Assembly (NCBI GenBank): GCA_009602735.1
Contig: WELA01002166.1
Span: 144,476 to 208,475 of the forward strand
From: Mesotaenium endlicherianum
Taxonomy: Eukaryota
Direction of reading: 5' to 3'
DNA: 64,000 nt
The notes below the pieces were generated by a model, which saw nothing but the letters and a program-made list of their open reading frames with translations, ran no database searches and was not told the DNA's origin. Numbering within the stretch: position 1 is the stretch's first letter; every line of letters starts with the position of its first letter. Shown here in pieces: positions 61,347 through 64,000 of this stretch. The position numbers were made by a program, and so were the translations under genes.

Positions 61347-62545
61347 CGTTACTACTATGGGGAGAAAGGACCATAACAGCGGGTGACAACCACAAGGGAG
61401 GGACTACTCCCTAGACTGGGAACTGAGCGATTAACCTATGTGCTGTGGGTAAAAACCCCCCCTACTAGGGAGAAAAGCCCAGAGCTTACTAGCTGCAAAA
61501 GCAAAAAGAGTAAAAAGAGTAACAGGAAGCTGAACATGGGCACTACTGGGCAAATGGGCAGCTACTGGCTAGAGCAAAAATGAGCTATGAAAACTTGTGA
61601 CGAGCTAGGGCGAGGACGTGCACACCTAAACCTATAGCAATCCGTGGGATCTAGAACGAGAGGAATAGGTGATGAGTACCGTTGTTATGGCCGCGAGAGA
61701 GAGCAACGGATCCACGAACTAATGTGCGCTTGTGAGAGGCTTCACAAGCAACCTACGAATAAAAGCGAGGAAAACGAGCAAGCACAATCAAACAGCATAG
61801 CCTTAGGCCGCGACAAATAGGAATAACATCTCACTCATGTAAACGAACGTACAAAGCTAACACCATAATGGTGTTAGCTCGCGGCCTAAGTAGCATGCCC
61901 TCACGTCCTATGCCCAAACGCTAATCGAACGAAAGTGAATCACTACCTACAACGATTGACGCGTCATCGCGTCACCACTCACACAAATTTGAATATACTA
62001 TAAATGCCAATGAAATCAACCTAAGGCCGACCAAACGTGTACGACCTAACCCCAAGTGACGTGACACCCCCTCTCATCCCTTACTCTCCCTTTCCCCTAG
62101 CAATCCCGGGGGCATACCTGTCGGGATTGCCTATGGTACACGACAGGCTAGCTATGGGCGGTAGGCGATCCCATTGGGTACCCGCGCCGACCCTTCAGGC
62201 GAGCGAACTTGAGGGTCGACCTCCAACACCACATGTGGAGGGGAAAAGGTATGCGCGTGATCTGGAGGGAGCCTCACAACTGCTCAACAGCAGATCCTCG
62301 TGAGCAGATCATGGGTCCCAGTGTTCACCACTACTACCCACAGACTAGACCATCCTCACCTACCACCCTAACCCGACTAACCACTAGACCTGTCATTGAC
62401 CCTCCACCCTTATGTGCTGATACTAGACACCAACGGGACTCGACAAGGACGGACATGACACACACGCTATCTGCAAGGTTGTGGCCACAAGAAACAAGTT
62501 AGGGTACTACGAGGCTGGGACATAGGGTTAACGACTCCCCCTCTC
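61347..62545 (-). mobile_element. Possible LTR (~1.19 kb) with an adjacent copia-like polypurine tract
   Basis: Inverted termini CGTTA (61347) and TAACG (62533); the minus strand reads GAGAGGGGGAGT (62545-62534) immediately before the terminus. No gag/pol ORF, second LTR or TSD recognised. Confidence 0.35.
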
Positions 62546-62799
62546 GTGCTTTGATCCTTTAAGGGACGACCAATACACAGCAAAAAAATGTAAGGTAAAG
62601 AAGAATGTGCTCAAAGTTGATAGAATCAGTAGCTTTGATTTATTAACCACTAGTGGTTTAATCCTTGCATGCATTATCTACGTACAATTTCAGACTAATT
62701 CCCAATCTACGTACCGCACATGTAATCTATGCACGGCACATGTAAGTCTAGTCATTGTAGGGTTCGAGTGAAGATATGACGTGCCACAAGAACACCCTC

Positions 62800-63321
62800 C
62801 TTCTCGCCTTCATTTCAAAATTTTCATTGTAAAACACTTTCAAAAAGCAAACGAAGTCAAGCACCTCAGAACTTTGTGGACGCACTTCTTGCTACCTCCC
62901 TTTTTTTCCTTCATCTTCACGCACTTAAATTGTTTAACTAGGTGAGCTTGTATTGTGTTTCCTCAATGCATTTCCCATCATACGATGGGTCATACGACTT
63001 TGAGGTATGATGGAGAATGATATGACTTCACCCACGTCAATTTTAGAGCAAGGATGATTGTAGTACTTTAACTCTCTCGAGCACTCATGAAGGCCTGCCT
63101 GACCTGCCGCTCCAGGCTGTTTTTAGCTCCCAACTATGGGCTTTGATCTTAAGTGTCGTCTTTAAAATGGAGGCGTGGCGAAGGGGTTAAAGAGTTGAAG
63201 TGCGTGAAGAAGGAAGGAAATAGAGGTAGCGAGAAGTGTGTCCACAAGATTTTGAGGTGCTTGGCTTCGTTTGCTTCGTGAAAGATTTTCACTTCGACAA
63301 TTTTGAAATGAAGGCGAGAAG
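62800..63321. mobile_element. Foldback/MITE-like element with ~140-bp imperfect inverted repeats
   Basis: 62800-62938 (cttctcgccttcatttcaaaa...aagcacctcagaactttgtggacgcacttct...cttcacgcactt) is the reverse complement of 63186-63321 (aagtgcgtgaag...gaagtgtgtccacaagattttgaggtgctt...ttttgaaatgaaggcgagaag). Outer ends and TSD not resolved. Confidence 0.7.
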
Positions 63322-64000
63322 TAGTTAGCAAACCATCATCGTCCGTTATTGTAAATGGTGGGCACACTCAACGATTTGAAGGAAAAGAGCGCAAGTCTAT
63401 TTTTGACGGAATGTGAAGTATTCCAATTGGGCCAACGATACATATTTGCGCCATTGAGGGCCAAATGCCCCTTTGTGGCCATTTCTATGCTCGCAAGCGA
63501 AGTGTTTTTGCAACTTCTGTTATGTGCAAAATCAAATCTGCACTTTGATTCTCTAAGGCTTCACACAAATGTAGTCGTGGGGGGGGGCGAAGTAGGCCGT
63601 TGGAGGTCGTCACTTGCACCCTTCTAGAGTGTAGGGTGTTGTGGATTAAATGTTTCATGAGGAGCAAGTTTGGGTTGCTTCACAAGTAAGCAGCATTTTA
63701 TTGCAATTAACATATATTATCCCAGCGAAGAGCTAGAGATAGTTTTTACCACAAAAGGTGAAGCCAAATTGTAGGAAACACCTCCTTCAAAAAAATTGCT
63801 TAATGGTCTCATATTGTTGGTGGGTGAATTAAGTGACTCATTGGTTGGGCGGTTGATACTACGCAAAGTTTTCCTTGAAGTCATTGCCCTCGACATAGTA
63901 AGTGTGGCGGCATGACTGAAGAGAGCAGCTTACACGCGCTGTGTGAGGGCCAAGTGAACTAGCTGCTATGAAGTCGTTAGGAAGGAACAGGGACGACGTG

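Overview
Eukaryotic, intron-rich, GC-rich nuclear DNA from a draft assembly (many N gaps, one poly-C run, one probable overlap artefact). Plant-type gene models and (TTTAGGG)n/(TTAGGG)n tracts suggest a streptophyte green alga (inference). Five spliced genes were reconstructed by hand from GT-AG boundaries with phase checks: (1) a minus-strand two-domain cysteine hydrolase of the triuret/biuret hydrolase (TrtA-like) group, running off the left edge; (2) a minus-strand SAL1/HAL2-like PAP phosphatase; (3) a plus-strand Topors-like RING E3 ligase; (4) a minus-strand uroporphyrinogen-III synthase; (5) plus-strand ESF1. Genes 2/3 and 4/5 are head-to-head pairs. Intergenic DNA holds a 1.1-kb Mutator-like element with long TIRs and a 9-bp TSD, periodic CGTACC arrays, a foldback element and a possible LTR. 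Main findings: the N-terminal hydrolase domain has lost all three catalytic residues but keeps binding motifs and shares intron positions with the second domain; a 12-bp quasi-palindrome (YGMCASSTGKCR) occurs over 30 times in exons and introns; and two genes carry duplicated splice sites linked to in-frame stops.
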